Source: Neoechinorhynchus agilis | Taxonomy: Eukaryota > Animalia > Acanthocephala | Assembly (NCBI GenBank): GCA_051530055.1 | Contig: JBMGUZ010000005.1 | Coordinates: forward strand, 71,736 to 135,735 | Reading direction: 5' to 3' | Length of the DNA: 64,000 bases | Shown here: positions 48,990-62,006 of the stretch, piece by piece | Numbering within the stretch: the first letter of the stretch is position 1 | How the letters are laid out: each line of letters opens with the position of its first letter | Program-made: the position numbers and the translations under genes | Notes under the pieces: model-generated | The model's database searches: none | Told to the model about the DNA's origin: nothing | Seen by the model: only the letters and a program-made list of their open reading frames with translations

Positions 48990-49830
48990 CTGATCGACAT
49001 GAAAAAATGCAAAAATATTGATTTGTTATTGATTAGGTTTCGATTTGTAGTAGGACATAACGCGTTTTATTAATAATGCGATCAAATTGGCATAAATTTA
49101 TGTTCATTGGTACACTCGAAAGTGTTCGACCGGTTGAGATAATGTATTTTTTAACAGCAATAAATAACTTTAGCACTAAACTGTAAAGACCTTTAGAGTT
49201 TGTTGAAGCAACAAAGATAAATGAAGCGTTAATGTAATCTTTCTGGCGAAAAGCTAAAGTTATAAAACCTTTTGCGTAAATGCTAGAATTGGTTTTTGGA
49301 AATATGAATTCATTTCCTTCAGGATGTCGATGCTTCGCGGTCACATTGACACCTTCAATGTCCGTTTTCATCCCGAATTGTGGAATTGAAACAAACAGAA
49401 ATCTTCATCGATGGATACAAAACTTTTCTTTAATTTTTTTCGTTGCCCTCTGAAGCGTCCGAGCGGACACTGTACTCGTCATTGGGCTTTGGCCTGAGGC
49501 CGCAACTTACTGTAAATTGTTTCGAGATAGAAGTGAAAGTTAGAAAGTTGTTTTTCGCAGTGAGAGTTCGTTAGCGAAAATCGATACTCTTTTGATGTTC
49601 TTTGAAAAGTGAGCCTTACCTTAACTCACGGAGAAAAACTTCTTGCGCTCTTCGCTATCTATGAACTCGTCAATAAACACCTTACCTTGAAAGTTGCGAC
49701 GAATCCAACAGAGCTTAAAAGACTAAAATTATAATTAATTTTTACCTTTCAATACAAGTATATTTGAATCTTTGCCAAAAACCAGAGGGAGTGAAATATA
49801 AAAGTCGTTAAAATAAATCGTGTATTCAAA
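48990..49830 (-). pseudogene. PTP-like gene remnant, copy 4
   Basis: ORF 49033-49371: AKHRHP...FIFP...KDYINASFI...KKYII, echoing the KNRY / DYINAS / YIATQ order of classical PTPs. Confidence 0.45.
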
Positions 49831-50999
49831 AATTAACTTCATTGGGGTTGAGTCAAGAGTTTTCATCGCAAATTCTACTTAGTATACAACGCCTATGCTT
49901 TTCCGAGGCAATAAAAAGAATTAACGATATTCTTCAGGTCATTTCAATCCAATGGTCGTCTTTCAAGGAAAATAACTACAAGACCGCTTTTTTAGACATA
50001 TTAGAATATTTCACAGCGAAACACGAAAGCTTGAAAATCTTTTTCTACGATCGTTGGACAGCATTTTATTAAAAATCGATAGAGACTTCTTGTTCGAAGA
50101 ATGAAATGATGGATAAGCAATAGAAAGCTCAGGAAAATATTATTGCTGCCATCAAAATTCGCATTCGATGCCCTAAAGTGTTGAATGGAGCTTTCGAGCA
50201 TCGTCGTATCCGAATTTAATGGCAATACTTAAAGTGATTTAATGATCAAGAATTACCAAACGATCCGGTCATCTTTAAAAAATCATTTATATGAAACATT
50301 TTTCTTACAAAATGTAAATAGTTTTTATTCGACGAAATGATTAAAACGTATCAAATGATAAATTAAGATGTAGAACAAAGTAATTCTAATTTACAGCTTT
50401 GTCGGCCTTTGAGAACGGCGTTGCCTCTGCATAACAAAACGTGCGCGGAAGGTCAAGTAATTTAAAAATTAAATTTTTGTAGAACCGTTAGAAAATGTTG
50501 TGTCCCTTTATCAAAGATATTGCAATTATTTTATTTTTTTGAAGTCTGGTCAGCCGGTAAATTTTATCCAGTTTCTACGTGGGGCCTTTTTACGGTTTAT
50601 ATCGGTGGGCTGCGTGCCCAAGGAAAATTATCAGCAATGAAAAAGGCTACACATAGATATTTTATTTTATATTTGAGCACTGATTTTGATCACGGCTGTT
50701 TAAAAAGAAACTCAAATCAATAGATGAGTTGATTTACTTTTTAAAATATTTTCAATTTTCCATGGTATTTATCATAAGCACTTACTTTGAATAACTGCAC
50801 TCGTAGAGATCAATAAATCGTTGTTTTACAATCTTGTTTTACTTTATTCGATTAGAAAATAGTTTTACGCGGCCAAGTTTATTTCGACAATTTGATGTTT
50901 GATTTGAAGAAGTCTTGCCTTCACTGGATCTTATGTCAAGCAGAATTGTAGATGAATGTAAATTCATATGTACTTTATCGATTTATTTTTTCTTTACAT

Positions 51000-52270
51000 T
51001 ACATTAGGCCCATTACATGTCATCCGGACGCTGGCAGCGTTCCATCGCTGGACCGCCAGACTCAAGTTTTGTCGATAGAAAGTGATTGACTGCGGCTCCT
51101 TCGTCGCATTCGCGATACGTCGCCCCAGTTCAATCACGAATTCCGCTGCGGCCTGTCCGAATGCCCCGTAAGTCTCTACTCCGAAAGGCAGCGGCAGAGA
51201 TTATTTGGCTCCAGGATGCAGAGCGCATGAATCGATCTCAGCGCTCGACTTATGATAGCATTGATTTCAGCATGGCGGGGAAAACGTCCTGGGGACAGTT
51301 TACATGGGAGTCCCTTGGTGTCCACTGTGACACCACATCGACATTTATGAGCGACGCAAATGTCCATTCCGAATCTGAGACAGTAAGCAATACGGAAGGT
51401 CTCATCATCCAGCAAAGTGCCCAAATTTGAGGATGGTAGAGCATCAAGCCAGGCTCCAGATTCTTTGGTCGAACAAGCAGCGAGACGGATCCCAGCCATT
51501 TTATCCATCTGGTCTTGTAATTGAGATTGAACCCGATGAACGAGTGGAGAATCCAACGCTTGCTGTTTGTTGCTTTCTCCAGGTATCTGTGTTTGCCAGC
51601 TTAATGTTGTCCAATTTCACAAAAGCTCGATCGAAATGCTCCGCGTTGACCTCATTAAAAATATTAGTTGAGTACTTAAGACTAGCACAAATGGAGGCAA
51701 GGAAAGCCGGTAAAGTGACATCTTTAGTCTGTAGTAGTCCGGAACCCCCACTTAATGTCGGTAATGTAGCTTGTCTCCATGATGTATCGTCAGAGGCGAT
51801 GTTAAGCGTTTTCTCCAGCTCATCGCAAAATAGGCAGTCCAATTTATCGAGGTCGTCCGTGTTGTCGAAGGCAGGAACAGTCCTTAGTTTGTGCAGGAGC
51901 TTAGGCATGAAGAGGCAGTTCTTTATCAAGAAGATTGCTTCATGGCTCTTCAAATCCGATGTTCTCTTGCATATCAGCTTTAGCTCTGAAGCGGTCATTT
52001 CAATATCCTTTGGAAGATTCTCCTTCATCACGCAAGATCCCAATAGACGAAGCTTACTAAGATTAATGGTTTCTATTCCTAGTGCAACCGATGAAAACTC
52101 ATCCAATATAATTGGCTCGTTTTTTCCCTTCATGTTTAGCAGCAGAATTTGGCACTTTGCGAAATTGAGTTGCAACCCCAGTTCTTTGGTTTTTTCTACG
52201 AGTATTTTAAAATCGTCCAGAACTATTGCTGCTACGTTTGTCGTTGTCGGACTTTACATCGTTGCCGAAA
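51000..52270 (-). mobile_element. CRE family 2, copy 2
   Basis: Same 5' truncation and 3' tail as copy 1. Confidence 0.9.
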
Positions 52271-52965
52271 ACTAACTGTTAGTGAACTTTTCAAACTTTC
52301 AGCGCTTGCTTTATTCTCAAAAATATGAATTTTGGACGCATTATCCATTTTTTATTTTTTAAAAACCTATTGTTAGTCGTCGTATGCGCTTTTGAAGAAC
52401 TTCGGAATCGTTTTTAGATTCTAATAACCAAGAAATAAGCGTTTACGTTTTGATTTTTAATTTTTTTGTCAGTTCAAACCTTAAAATAATTATGTTCTTT
52501 ACGTAACATTCAAACGCATTGCTTTTGGCTAATTTCAAAGCGATAATCGATGTTTTATTCTTTGAATGCCGAATAAGTTTAAAGGGTAAATACGGACCGC
52601 TATGCCAAATTCGACGTTTCGGGTTTTATGGACTTTTTCTTCCCATTTACACCAGCAAATAAAATAGAACAACAGTGCAATATTCTTCGTCCGTTTAACG
52701 ATCCAAAATTAATGGTGAAATCTTTTGAACCAGACAAATAATTTATTGCTTCCGGTTTTTTTATCGTTATGTTTGTTTATGGTGGAAATTGTGAAGGAGT
52801 TTTATTAAATCCCATAAAAGGAGCTCCGTTCAAAGGCCTAGATTTTTGTATCTACACGACGAAAGCTGAATCATTAAGCTCCATGGTGAAGAAACGAGAT
52901 GAATATGAAAGCTAACAGAATTACCCTCACGAATGTTTGCCAACCAAACAAATTTGAAAGAAGAA

Positions 52966-53670
52966 CTAAAGAACGCAAATAAGCTCTAAGGAGAGGCACC
53001 AATGCCAGTTCCGCGATGCTGAACCATTTTGAGCAACAAGGCAAGGTTCCAAGGCTGTTGGCGTCTTAGAAGCTTCAGTCGTAATTTCCATTTTCTCGAT
53101 TGATACATAGGTCGTTCTTAAAGATTCGGTAGTTGTTATTTCTGTAAGCTCTAGCGAGGTCGTTTTAATTGACTCGATATCCAAACTTCAATTCGTCGTT
53201 CGGCGGTCGTCAAATATAACCTTTGGTTTCACATCGGCGCCTTTGAGTATCGATTTATGCTCTATTCCTTCAGTCTTCGGCTGAGCAGGAATCCCAGTAA
53301 TGCTCACTCCTTTGACTATATTCTTTGTGTTTTTCTGAGACGGTACCTCTGCTTTGCTGGCCTGAGATGGCAATGTTTGTGCTTCATATCCCTTGTAACT
53401 TTTATTCCACCTTGATTGATAATTTTGATTCCACCAGTTATTTCCACATGGATTTGGGCCAAAATCGTACGACGGAGAATTTATCAATGCTGCACTTGGA
53501 GACGCCGAACTCTACTTTTTTGCCAAAGATTTAGAATCGCCAGTTGAGCTTCTCATCTCGATTGCTTCGGTTCCTAGCGAAAATCCTACTTTAATTCGCG
53601 ATTCCATTCCAGGTACTGATTCACCAGACGAAGCGATCGGAGGATCCTTCTCGAGGAGAAATGTAGCTAA
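52966..53670 (-). pseudogene. Possible decayed exon of a Ser/Thr-rich (mucin-like) protein
   Basis: TTTTAG acceptor near 53667, a long frame broken by one TAG and one frameshift, Thr-rich tract and hydrophobic C-terminus. Confidence 0.3.
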
Positions 53671-54199
53671 AATCTTTTAAGATAACTCGATGGTCTTTTT
53701 GTGTGAGTGTTTCTTATGTCTTGAACGACATCAGCAAACAACATTTCTAAGTCGCTTTTGTTACGATTTGCGCATTTTAAAAATTTTATTGCTTTTTAAT
53801 TTTACTTTAAACAAGCCTCATACATACATTACAACAAAATTAACACACACATCGTCCTTTTTCTGATACATTTTATAAGAATTTCCGTAAGCGTTGATCA
53901 AGGCAGAAGAGCAAGACTAAATGTTGGATTAATATCAAATCTCTCAGTGTTTCTCTGCTGTCTTTAGAAATATTTTAAGAGGGATCCAGTGCAATAAGGC
54001 TAAGAATCAAGCGCGAGACTTCTCAACTTCTCGCTTCTGATAGTCGATATGCCCGCTTCATCACTGATCAATAGTAAGTATTATCGGATTATTTATCTGT
54101 AAAAACAGCAGAGCCCACTTTTACATACCCTCGAGGAGGGGAAAGGAGAAGAAAGCGAGGGCGATATGTTCGACAAAGATAAGATGAATCAACCAAATC

Positions 54200-54390
54200 G
54201 ATCAAAGAAGAAGAAAATGGAAATTGAAGTGAGGATCAACGGATTACGATGCACCACGCAATTCGCCACAAAGGCGGAGGTGAGCACTTGTGGCACCGAA
54301 TCGGGCGTCCAAAACTCCAGAGAAAGCGTGTTAAGGCGGGGATAAAAATAAACTGGTTAATGTGCCGTGTGACGGTTCAGCGCACAATCC
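54200..54390 (+). mobile_element. Gypsy protease remnant
   Basis: EIEVRING...AEVS...WHRIGRPKL across frameshifts. Confidence 0.55.
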
Positions 54391-56227
54391 TATAGAAACA
54401 ACTAAGATCAGTTCGTCAGTCAAAAACATTCGCTTTTTCAACTTGATGTTAGTCATTTTCTAAAAAAAATCCAGTTTAAAAATCGTAGCTGCTTCCGAAC
54501 ATTGTCAATATCTTTTTATAGCATTTTGATATTTGTGGAAAAATCCAATTTCAACTTTTCTAATGGTTTCAGAACTCCAGCAAAGGAATAAACTTTGGCG
54601 CTTAAAGATATTTCAACAACTCCTTGGATTTCATGTTGAGAAATATTTTGAGTTCTTCAATTAGATCCAATAGTTTTGTCAGTACTTTCTCTTTCCTCAG
54701 CTTGTGAACTGGTGCACGCAGAACAAAATCACTATAATTGCTATCGTATTCTTGTAGCAATGTCTTAAAACTGTTTGTGATTTAAAAGATTTGCATGAAT
54801 AAAGTTTAAAATTTTAACAACAATAGACATAACATTTTGCAGCTTATCGTCTTTAAGTTTTTAACACAATGTTTGCTGGTGAATAATACAATGAAAAAAC
54901 TCGGAAAATCGTTATCGGCTACCAGGAACACAATCTGGCCTTTTCTCCGTCCAACCATTATTGACCGATAAGAACTTTCTCATAAAGTTATCATTGCTTA
55001 ATAAAAATTCCTTCAGTGTCTTTTATGTATATCGTTGCCGTTTGTTAAATTTTGTGTTGGAATAAGTGCCAGCAATTCTTCTTTAAGTTTATGTTTCAAG
55101 TAAAATCTATCCAAAATTATGAGTTGTTCTGTGTCGATGCATTCCTTAAATCAAAATACAACTTTTGAATCGTATTGATTCATGGACTAAGGAGTTCAAC
55201 AAATGCGCGAGTTATCCAGATCAATAAATAAAGCTGGACAGCATAGTTAACGCGAGTTTTTAACTGATTGTCAATATAAATGTATACCAACGTTCAGTCG
55301 TTGGCGGAGGGTGGTAAGCGGTCACACAATTCCCTTCGTATCCCATTATCCTCGGCTGTTCGAGAGCCACTGCTATCAGGCTCAGGATCATCATCAATCT
55401 CGACCGCGGAGGAATACTTGGTTCTTCCCATAAAAAGGTGGCCAGGTATATTAACGATTACTTCAAATCCGATCATGCGAAAGGATGCGATAATTTCACA
55501 ATCTCTAACTCCTTGCATTCGATCATTCCATAACGAAGGAATAAAGCACGTAGATGGAGTAACCTATTTCGGTGGAACATTAAGGATTTATCTTAGAGAT
55601 CAGAAGTGGCTCAATAAACTGGAATTGTTCGCAGTCTCACTTGTCCAACGAAATCTTTCAAATATCTAAATCGTATCAGAAGGTCCAATTTTGGGCTAAT
55701 GGCGTTAAGCCTACAATCAGCGATGAGGCTAGAAACGAATTTGAGCTTCGTTTTTACATTAAGATCAAACTTCTTCTAAAATCTCGAAAAAATAGTCTTC
55801 CGATTTCAATTGCCTTAGTGGAAGGATTGCGACAGGTTCGGGACGAGCTCTGCTATAAGCAATATGATGCCTCATCGAGAACTCTACTTAGTATACAACG
55901 CCTATGCTTTTTCGAGGCAATAAAAAAAGTTAACGATATTCTTCAGGTCATTTCAAGCCAATGGTCTTTCAAGGAAAATAACTACAAGGCCGCTTTTTTA
56001 AACACATCAGAATATTTCACAGCGAAACACCAAAGCTTGAAAGGCTGTTTCTACGGTCATTGGACAGCATTTTATTAAAATCAATAGACTTCTTGTTCGA
56101 AGAATGAAATGATGGATGAGCAATTAAAAGCTTTTTCCAAAAACAATATCTGGAAAATATTATTGCTAACATCAAAATTCGCATTCGATGCCCTAAAGGT
56201 GTTGAATGGAGGTTTCGAGCATCGTTG

Positions 56228-57185
56228 TAGGACTTGGCAATGAAAGATTGTAATTTATCAACTTGAATTTTCGGCCTGCTCGCTGGCCTTCTTCAGAATC
56301 TAAAATACATTAACACGGTCACTGTTGAATCTTTTGCCCCCTCGTGAATATATCGGGCGGTCCCCGTAGGTTGAGGGTGTAATCGGCCTTATTATGCGTG
56401 GATGTGTTTAATTGTTGAATAAAAGTGGCCTCCATCGCAGTCCTGTCCCTACGGTTTCCGTTCCTCGCAAGGATTTCATCCCTCTCAAAATTGATCCTAT
56501 GTCCATTATCTATGATGTGATGAACTATTGTCGAGTTCGTATCCGTAATTTTGCTGACTGCTTTTCGATGTTTCGTCAATCGTCTCTTGATATTATATGT
56601 TTGTCCAATATAAGATTGATCGCAGTCTAGGTGTGGGAATTGATCATTTCCTCTTTTTCGGGTCGTAAGAGACCGTTTAGTGTACGCCCTTTTTTGTCCA
56701 ATATAATTTGCATTCCTTTTTTGTGTCAAGTCGTTTGATTAGAGATTCCATCTTTGAATTCCAATCCCCATTTATGCATGGGACAACAATGTATCTTTTT
56801 TCTTCAGTTGCCATTGATTCCCTCGTTTTAATTAGCCTTGCATCCTTCCTCGCTCTTGCGATGTATTTCTTTGGGTACCCACCTTTTCTGAAGATATTCC
56901 ATAGTCGATCCGGTTCGTTCTTGAGGGGTACCATCGTCTGAGCAGTATCGATATGCCCTGATAAATAGCGATCGAATCCCTGATATCTTGTATTTTTGTG
57001 GTTGGGCAGAGATCCAAGGAACGACCTGATGTGGGCACCTTGTTTAATGGGGAGAACGGTCCCCAACTGAACAAAGAACTTATTGGGATGAACAAGCACA
57101 TACAATGGACGCACGAACAAGAATAATGGGGTGCCTTACCATTCCTAGATGTCAACATTAAGATTAACTTGGATGGCACTTTCTG
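56228..57185 (-). mobile_element. Penelope-like element 3, 5'-truncated and 5'-inverted
   Basis: Minus strand: thumb and GIY-YIG (CDQSYIGQTYNIKRRLTKH). Plus strand 57061-57185: HIQWTHEQE*WGALPFLDVNIKINLDGTF. Confidence 0.88.
56255..56305 (-). ncRNA. Minimal type I hammerhead ribozyme core in PLE3 3' region
   Basis: CTGAAGA-A-GGCC-agcgagca-GGCC-GAAA-AT-TC; stem III palindrome AAUU. Confidence 0.7.
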
Positions 57186-57734
57186 GAGTAATGCCAATTA
57201 TTAGACTAAATGTGTTCAGTGCGCACAAGAACAGATTCGAGTCGTCTACATTGGGAAGATGGACGTATTTGTGAACAGTTTCGTAATGCATTACCTAAAG
57301 AATGTGATTTCCAATTCAGTTGGTTTCGCTGCTCAGTACTTTCAAGATGCATTAACCCGCTTGGTCGATCGATAGTGAGAGTGAGGGCTCATATTCTAGA
57401 TCAGAAATCCATGGGACACGATCTTATTTTATTTGAATTTGGAAAGTTCGATCTAAAGACTAAAGTGGTTTTCTATGACAAGAATATCATTAATTTCAAA
57501 CCATCAAATAAAATCTAATCTGTATAAAATTAACTGAAATGAATGATATTATGTCCAAGGCCCCCAATGATAACTTGGTCACCTTTTCATGTCTAAGGAA
57601 ACAGAGACCCTCCAAATTAACAAATTTTCGTATGAGATTATCAATAATCAGTGAATCGCAAGGCAACATGACCTTAAGTAAATTTTAAAAAGCAGAATTT
57701 TACAAATGTCTTGCAAATGAAAATCTAGAAGGAG

Positions 57735-59570
57735 ATGTCGACAAAGATGGGTGGGTTCCAAGATGTTGGGTTAGTTCGTCGTTCTCAACCCCCAAGAAAT
57801 TATGCTATTGATCTCAGAATGGCGTGAGAACCTTCCTCCTGACTTTTGGCAAACGAAACCGTGTCGCCCGAAAACATCGACCAAAGACCCACATCGACAG
57901 CGATTGAGCGTGCATATCGGGAGACCAAGTCTTAAGGAAACTGCGATCCTCGTTACCTCATCAGTGAGAAGAGTTCCCAGGGATGCCAGAGGAACAGCCT
58001 CCAAACACGCCCCCGATTTTCGTGTCGAAATTGCCGACAATCTAGCCCGGACGACCCCACCGCGAAAACCTGAAAGTAGTGAGCTGTGAGCTCTCGCGGC
58101 GAGAGGTATTTCCCAGATCAACTGTCTGACGCCATTCACGGGAACATGGTTAGCGCCTGTCTGCTGGCACCATTCTTCAACTGCCACCACAAATTCTTGG
58201 TCAAGACAAAACTTTTCCCTCAGAATTTTCTTCGCTATTGGTTGACTCCCCTCAAACGATCCAAGAAAGGCTGGCAAGGCAAGGTCTAATAGCGCCGGAA
58301 TGCCCATTCCCTCAGATGACACAGACAATGAAGATTGTCGCCACTACTCATCTGAGAGCTGTAAATTAAAAATACGCTCGGGACAAGCCCTCACCTTGTC
58401 GTCGAGCTCAGCCAATCCTTCCTTATGTTTGAAGAATGTTGATATGCGGACCTTATATAACAATTTCGGGGTAAAGAGTGCGTTCTTTATCAGAAATAAT
58501 GCTTCGTGAGCCGAGAGAGCGCTGACCCTATCACACAGCAACGAAAGTTTCGGTATGATGCGGCCGATCTCAGCTTCCACATTTGAATCAAATACGCAAC
58601 TACCCAAGAGGCTGAGTTGCTCTGGAGTCTGAGCTCTATGTCCATTCTCGAGGTCTCCCTAATCGGCGTCTCCAAATCGCACAGTACAACGGAGGAATCA
58701 CCTCCGAGCGTAGCCGCATCCAAATACCAAGCGCTGGAGCTGGAATGGAGAGAGTGCGCTATTGGATTTACTGTTGGGAGAATGCGATTGGACCGGGAGG
58801 ATCTCCATGCTGCACTCCTCTTTCGGACCAAATGAGGTGGTCTTCAAAAAGCAAAGGAGTCGCGGTCCCGTAGGCATTGAGAAAATACTGGAAGGCTTCT
58901 GGTACGTGATCCCTAATTGTACAGAACATACATTCTCTATTGAAAGAGTAAAGGGCGTTCTGAAAATCCCTCAAAACGGCAAAGAAACCCTTCCTTCGTG
59001 GGTCCCTTACTAACCTCGCGAAATTTCATTTCGAAATTGTGAAATATCTGTTCGAAGGAGTCAACGACACTTCAGAATCATCACTGGTACAAAAGACTAA
59101 GCGCGGGAATGCGAAGAGCCATGTCAATGATGGCGCACAGTTATTTTGGAGGCAATCGTTAATGAATCCCGTGAATGTTTTGGCGACCTGATGTCTTGCG
59201 CCCCTTGGGATCCGTTTCAGGACGTTCCTGAGCAGAACCCGCACTATATCAGGTATCGAAATAGAGTCAGTGGTGATCTGAGAGGTCCCAGGGATTGTGG
59301 TGGAGAACCAGACCCGCTACAGCGGAGATCCCTGGGACCGTTGGCAAACAAAACCTAAACTTTGTTAATTTAAAGACTTATCGCAAACCGGACACACGCC
59401 AATAGAGACGCGTTTGAGCTCGGCAGCGTTGGTCTTCTCAGGTTGAGCCGATCGATAAGTGGCGCGTTCAAGGTGTCTTCGTCAGTAGCGTCGATTGTAG
59501 GCGATATGAGCGCAGTGGGAAGCGGTTGAATGCATGCAAATTTTTGTTCGCAAATTTGCGCTGACAATTG
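57735..59570 (-). mobile_element. CRE family 1, copy 4 (includes N-terminal region)
   Basis: DFQNALYSFNR...GVQHGDPPGPIAF; same 3' fusion to segment F as the other copies. Confidence 0.88.
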
Positions 59571-60189
59571 TTTGGATCATTTAAGACCCCCGGATACTCC
59601 AGATGGACCGGGAACCTCTAAGGTCAGTATTGGCGAAGGTAGAAATTTGTTAGATATAATTCCTAATTCCAGTTTGGATGGAGATTTGGGAGCATCGTTG
59701 AAAAATAGGTATAATCTCCGACGAGTTAAAAAGGAGGACTATATTGTTGTCATTAAAAATGAATATCTGTTCAAAAAAGGAATTGGAATAAAAAAATATC
59801 GCAAACGAATTCGCCAAAGCTTATCCGAAAAATTCTAAGGTTTTCAAAAGAATATTTTCCAATCAATATTCTCATAAAATTGTCTTTTTTCAGAAAAACA
59901 TAAGAAGGATTTCCTGAAATACCTATCTACTACTGACATTCCCCACTCAGATTTCTCCAGGAAATGCAACATCTTGATGCTAAATCTCCCGCCTGAGATA
60001 GATGATGACGATAAAAAATATATAAGAGATCAGTTGGGAATAATATTTTTAAATTACCTCTTTAAGCCAAATTGCCAAATCCCAAATGCAATGTTGGGAC
60101 AGACATTGACAATGCATGTAGAAGGGACGAGTTGTCGATCGGATTACTTGGTTTTAACGTCACCTTCGCAGTATTCAAGAATGAGATGG

Positions 60190-60370
60190 ATTATTTTTTA
60201 GGGTTGGCGGCGCACGGCATACAGATGCGGTAAAAATGTAGCTTGCACTCACTGCGGTGGGGAGCACTTGTCCAGTAATTGCAAAAAAACAAATCCTGTA
60301 GAAAATGTGTTAACTGCGGTTTGAACCATATTTATTTTATTTATTTGATCGCACGCGCATACTGTTAGTT
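60190..60370 (+). mobile_element. LINE ORF1 zinc-knuckle remnant
   Basis: CTHCGGEHLSSNC followed, after a frameshift, by KCVNCGLNH. Confidence 0.6.
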
Positions 60371-61409
60371 TATGAGTTGTTTTCATCAGATTGATTTGAT
60401 TGATCGTACGACGTCTTCTTTTGGGCCCCTCGGCTATATTCCTTTGGGGCCTTTTTCGGCTGACCTGCACCCAACGGAGGCGCTTAGCCGCACTCGAAGG
60501 GACAGGGCGAACCCACTTTGGGGCCAATGGGTGATCTCAAACCTGACCCCACCATTTTCAGCAGCCTCGCACACCCGTGGGACCCAGCGGCCGGTGGCAT
60601 TGAACCATCGAGATATCGAGCGTATTGTGAACGCGCACACCACACGGCCACTTATCCCCATTGAACCATAAGGCATACGATATCACATGCGAGGAGGCAA
60701 AAAAGTATTTGAATTTTTTCATTAACAGTGGCGAGAGTAGGATAATGGAGACAAGGGATCAGTAAAATATATTTCTCAAAATGCTCGGCAAGAGCCAGAT
60801 TTGAAGTCCATCAAATTTTGATTTGCTAAAGAAAATGAGGGCTTGAAAGAGGCGTTGAAAGGTTTTCAAAATATTACAAAGGAGCTTGAAGCTATAGGAA
60901 ATGAGATTAAGGAATTGAAAACTTCCTTAAAAAGCTTAATTAAAACCTTAGAAAAGGTTAGAATGGGAGGGGGCGACGTTGAAGGTTGAGGAGGCATTAA
61001 AAAGAGCTTTGTCTATTCCCAGTCTGGAAGCTACCAAACCCGATTCAGGACCGACCAAGAAGGTATATGCAAACAGATAGTGTTCGTTTTTTTTACATGT
61101 AATATTGGAAAATCCAAGAACTTAGATAAATTAGAATCCATGTTAAAGGACAATAATGATTTGTTTGGAGGGTTTTAAAAGAAACAGGGACCCTTCCATC
61201 ATTTGGCTTACCTATTTATGAATGTTTTTTAACTAAGCCAACCTACCAATCAAATAGCAAAACCTACTCCGGTGGTTTACAATCATTTTGAAAAAAGATA
61301 TTCAAGCGAAAATGATCTGTGAAATTCATACGAATGAGCACGTTATTCAGATAATATCATCCCTGAATCCCTTTCTAAATAAGGAAGCTTATTGCGGGCC
61401 TTAAAATAA

Positions 61410-61855
61410 TTTGGGTGTGCCGAGCAGCCCTACAAAACACCCCACAACTACAAAAAACACTATACCAACCCTAACTGTTAACCACTTACAAGCTACAACC
61501 AGAGGCAGAGTCTTCTGCAACCCAAACACAAACAGCAAAATAAGCTTATAGTCTAACTCTAACACAAATAAATACACCCACACCCTAAAGGGGAATAGCC
61601 CCACCTTGACCAGCGACCCAATAAACCCGACTCAACCCATATTAACACAAACCCCCACACTATAACACAAGAACCTAGTGTCTGTACAACATAGTAAACC
61701 ACCAATGAGCCATAACCCATCCCCCAGATTAAAAAGACTACCACTAAAAAACAAACCCCTAATTCTATACAAAATCAAACCGCAATCAGAGAATCAGAAA
61801 TAACGCCTACAACTAAAGAAAACCTATATAAAACCAAGATAGACAATCTTAACAC
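61410..61855 (-). pseudogene. nad2: nad2, 3'-truncated, one frameshift near 61615-61620
   Basis: WFCMEL, YYVVQTLGS, then VKVGLFPF in a shifted frame; ends after ~150 codons. Confidence 0.85.
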
Positions 61856-61857
61856 AA

Positions 61858-61905
61858 GACAATTTGAATTCAATCATTTTGAGTTAGTAGCTCAACCTAA
61901 ACTGC
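61858..61905 (-). tRNA. trnS1: mt tRNA-Ser1 (D-armless, apparent anticodon ACT)
   Basis: Anticodon stem TTGAG/CTCAA, loop CTACTAA; acceptor stem GCAGTTT/AAATTGT. Confidence 0.6.
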
Positions 61906-61907
61906 CC

Positions 61908-61949
61908 ATCAGATAACACCAAGGGATCAACAATCCCTAATAAACCTGA
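61908..61949 (-). tRNA. trnN: mt tRNA-Asn (GTT), truncated arms
   Basis: AGGGA-TTGTTGA-TCCCT; acceptor TCAGGT/ATCTGA. Confidence 0.7.
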
Positions 61950-62006
61950 GTAATAGCACCAGGCTAACTTATAAGCCGAAATTATAAACGATTTTCGACA
62001 ATTACT
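61948..62006 (-). tRNA. trnR: mt tRNA-Arg (TCG)
   Basis: TTATAA-TTTCGGC-TTATAA; acceptor AGTAAT/ATTACT. Confidence 0.7.

Larger units (their letters stand above)
48955..52876. repeat. Composite duplicon block alpha, copy 2
   Basis: Matches 13450-17656, with a ~200-bp deletion in the CRE RLE region (junction near 51190) and a ~100-bp deletion in segment J. Confidence 0.95.

Noticed and set aside
6888-59570. Terminon/Athena-type giant retroelement as described in bdelloid rotifers
   Set aside because: The PLEs here carry GIY-YIG endonucleases, the module retains intron-like sequence, and no telomeric repeat junctions were seen.
60372-61200. Further gypsy RNase H/gag-like remnants
   Set aside because: Too decayed to assign by eye.
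6888-61400. Uni-strand piRNA cluster suggested by the excess of minus-strand elements
   Set aside because: Much of the bias comes from re-duplication of one module, and several large elements (gypsy 28-31k, RTE 35-37k) are on +. It needs small-RNA data.
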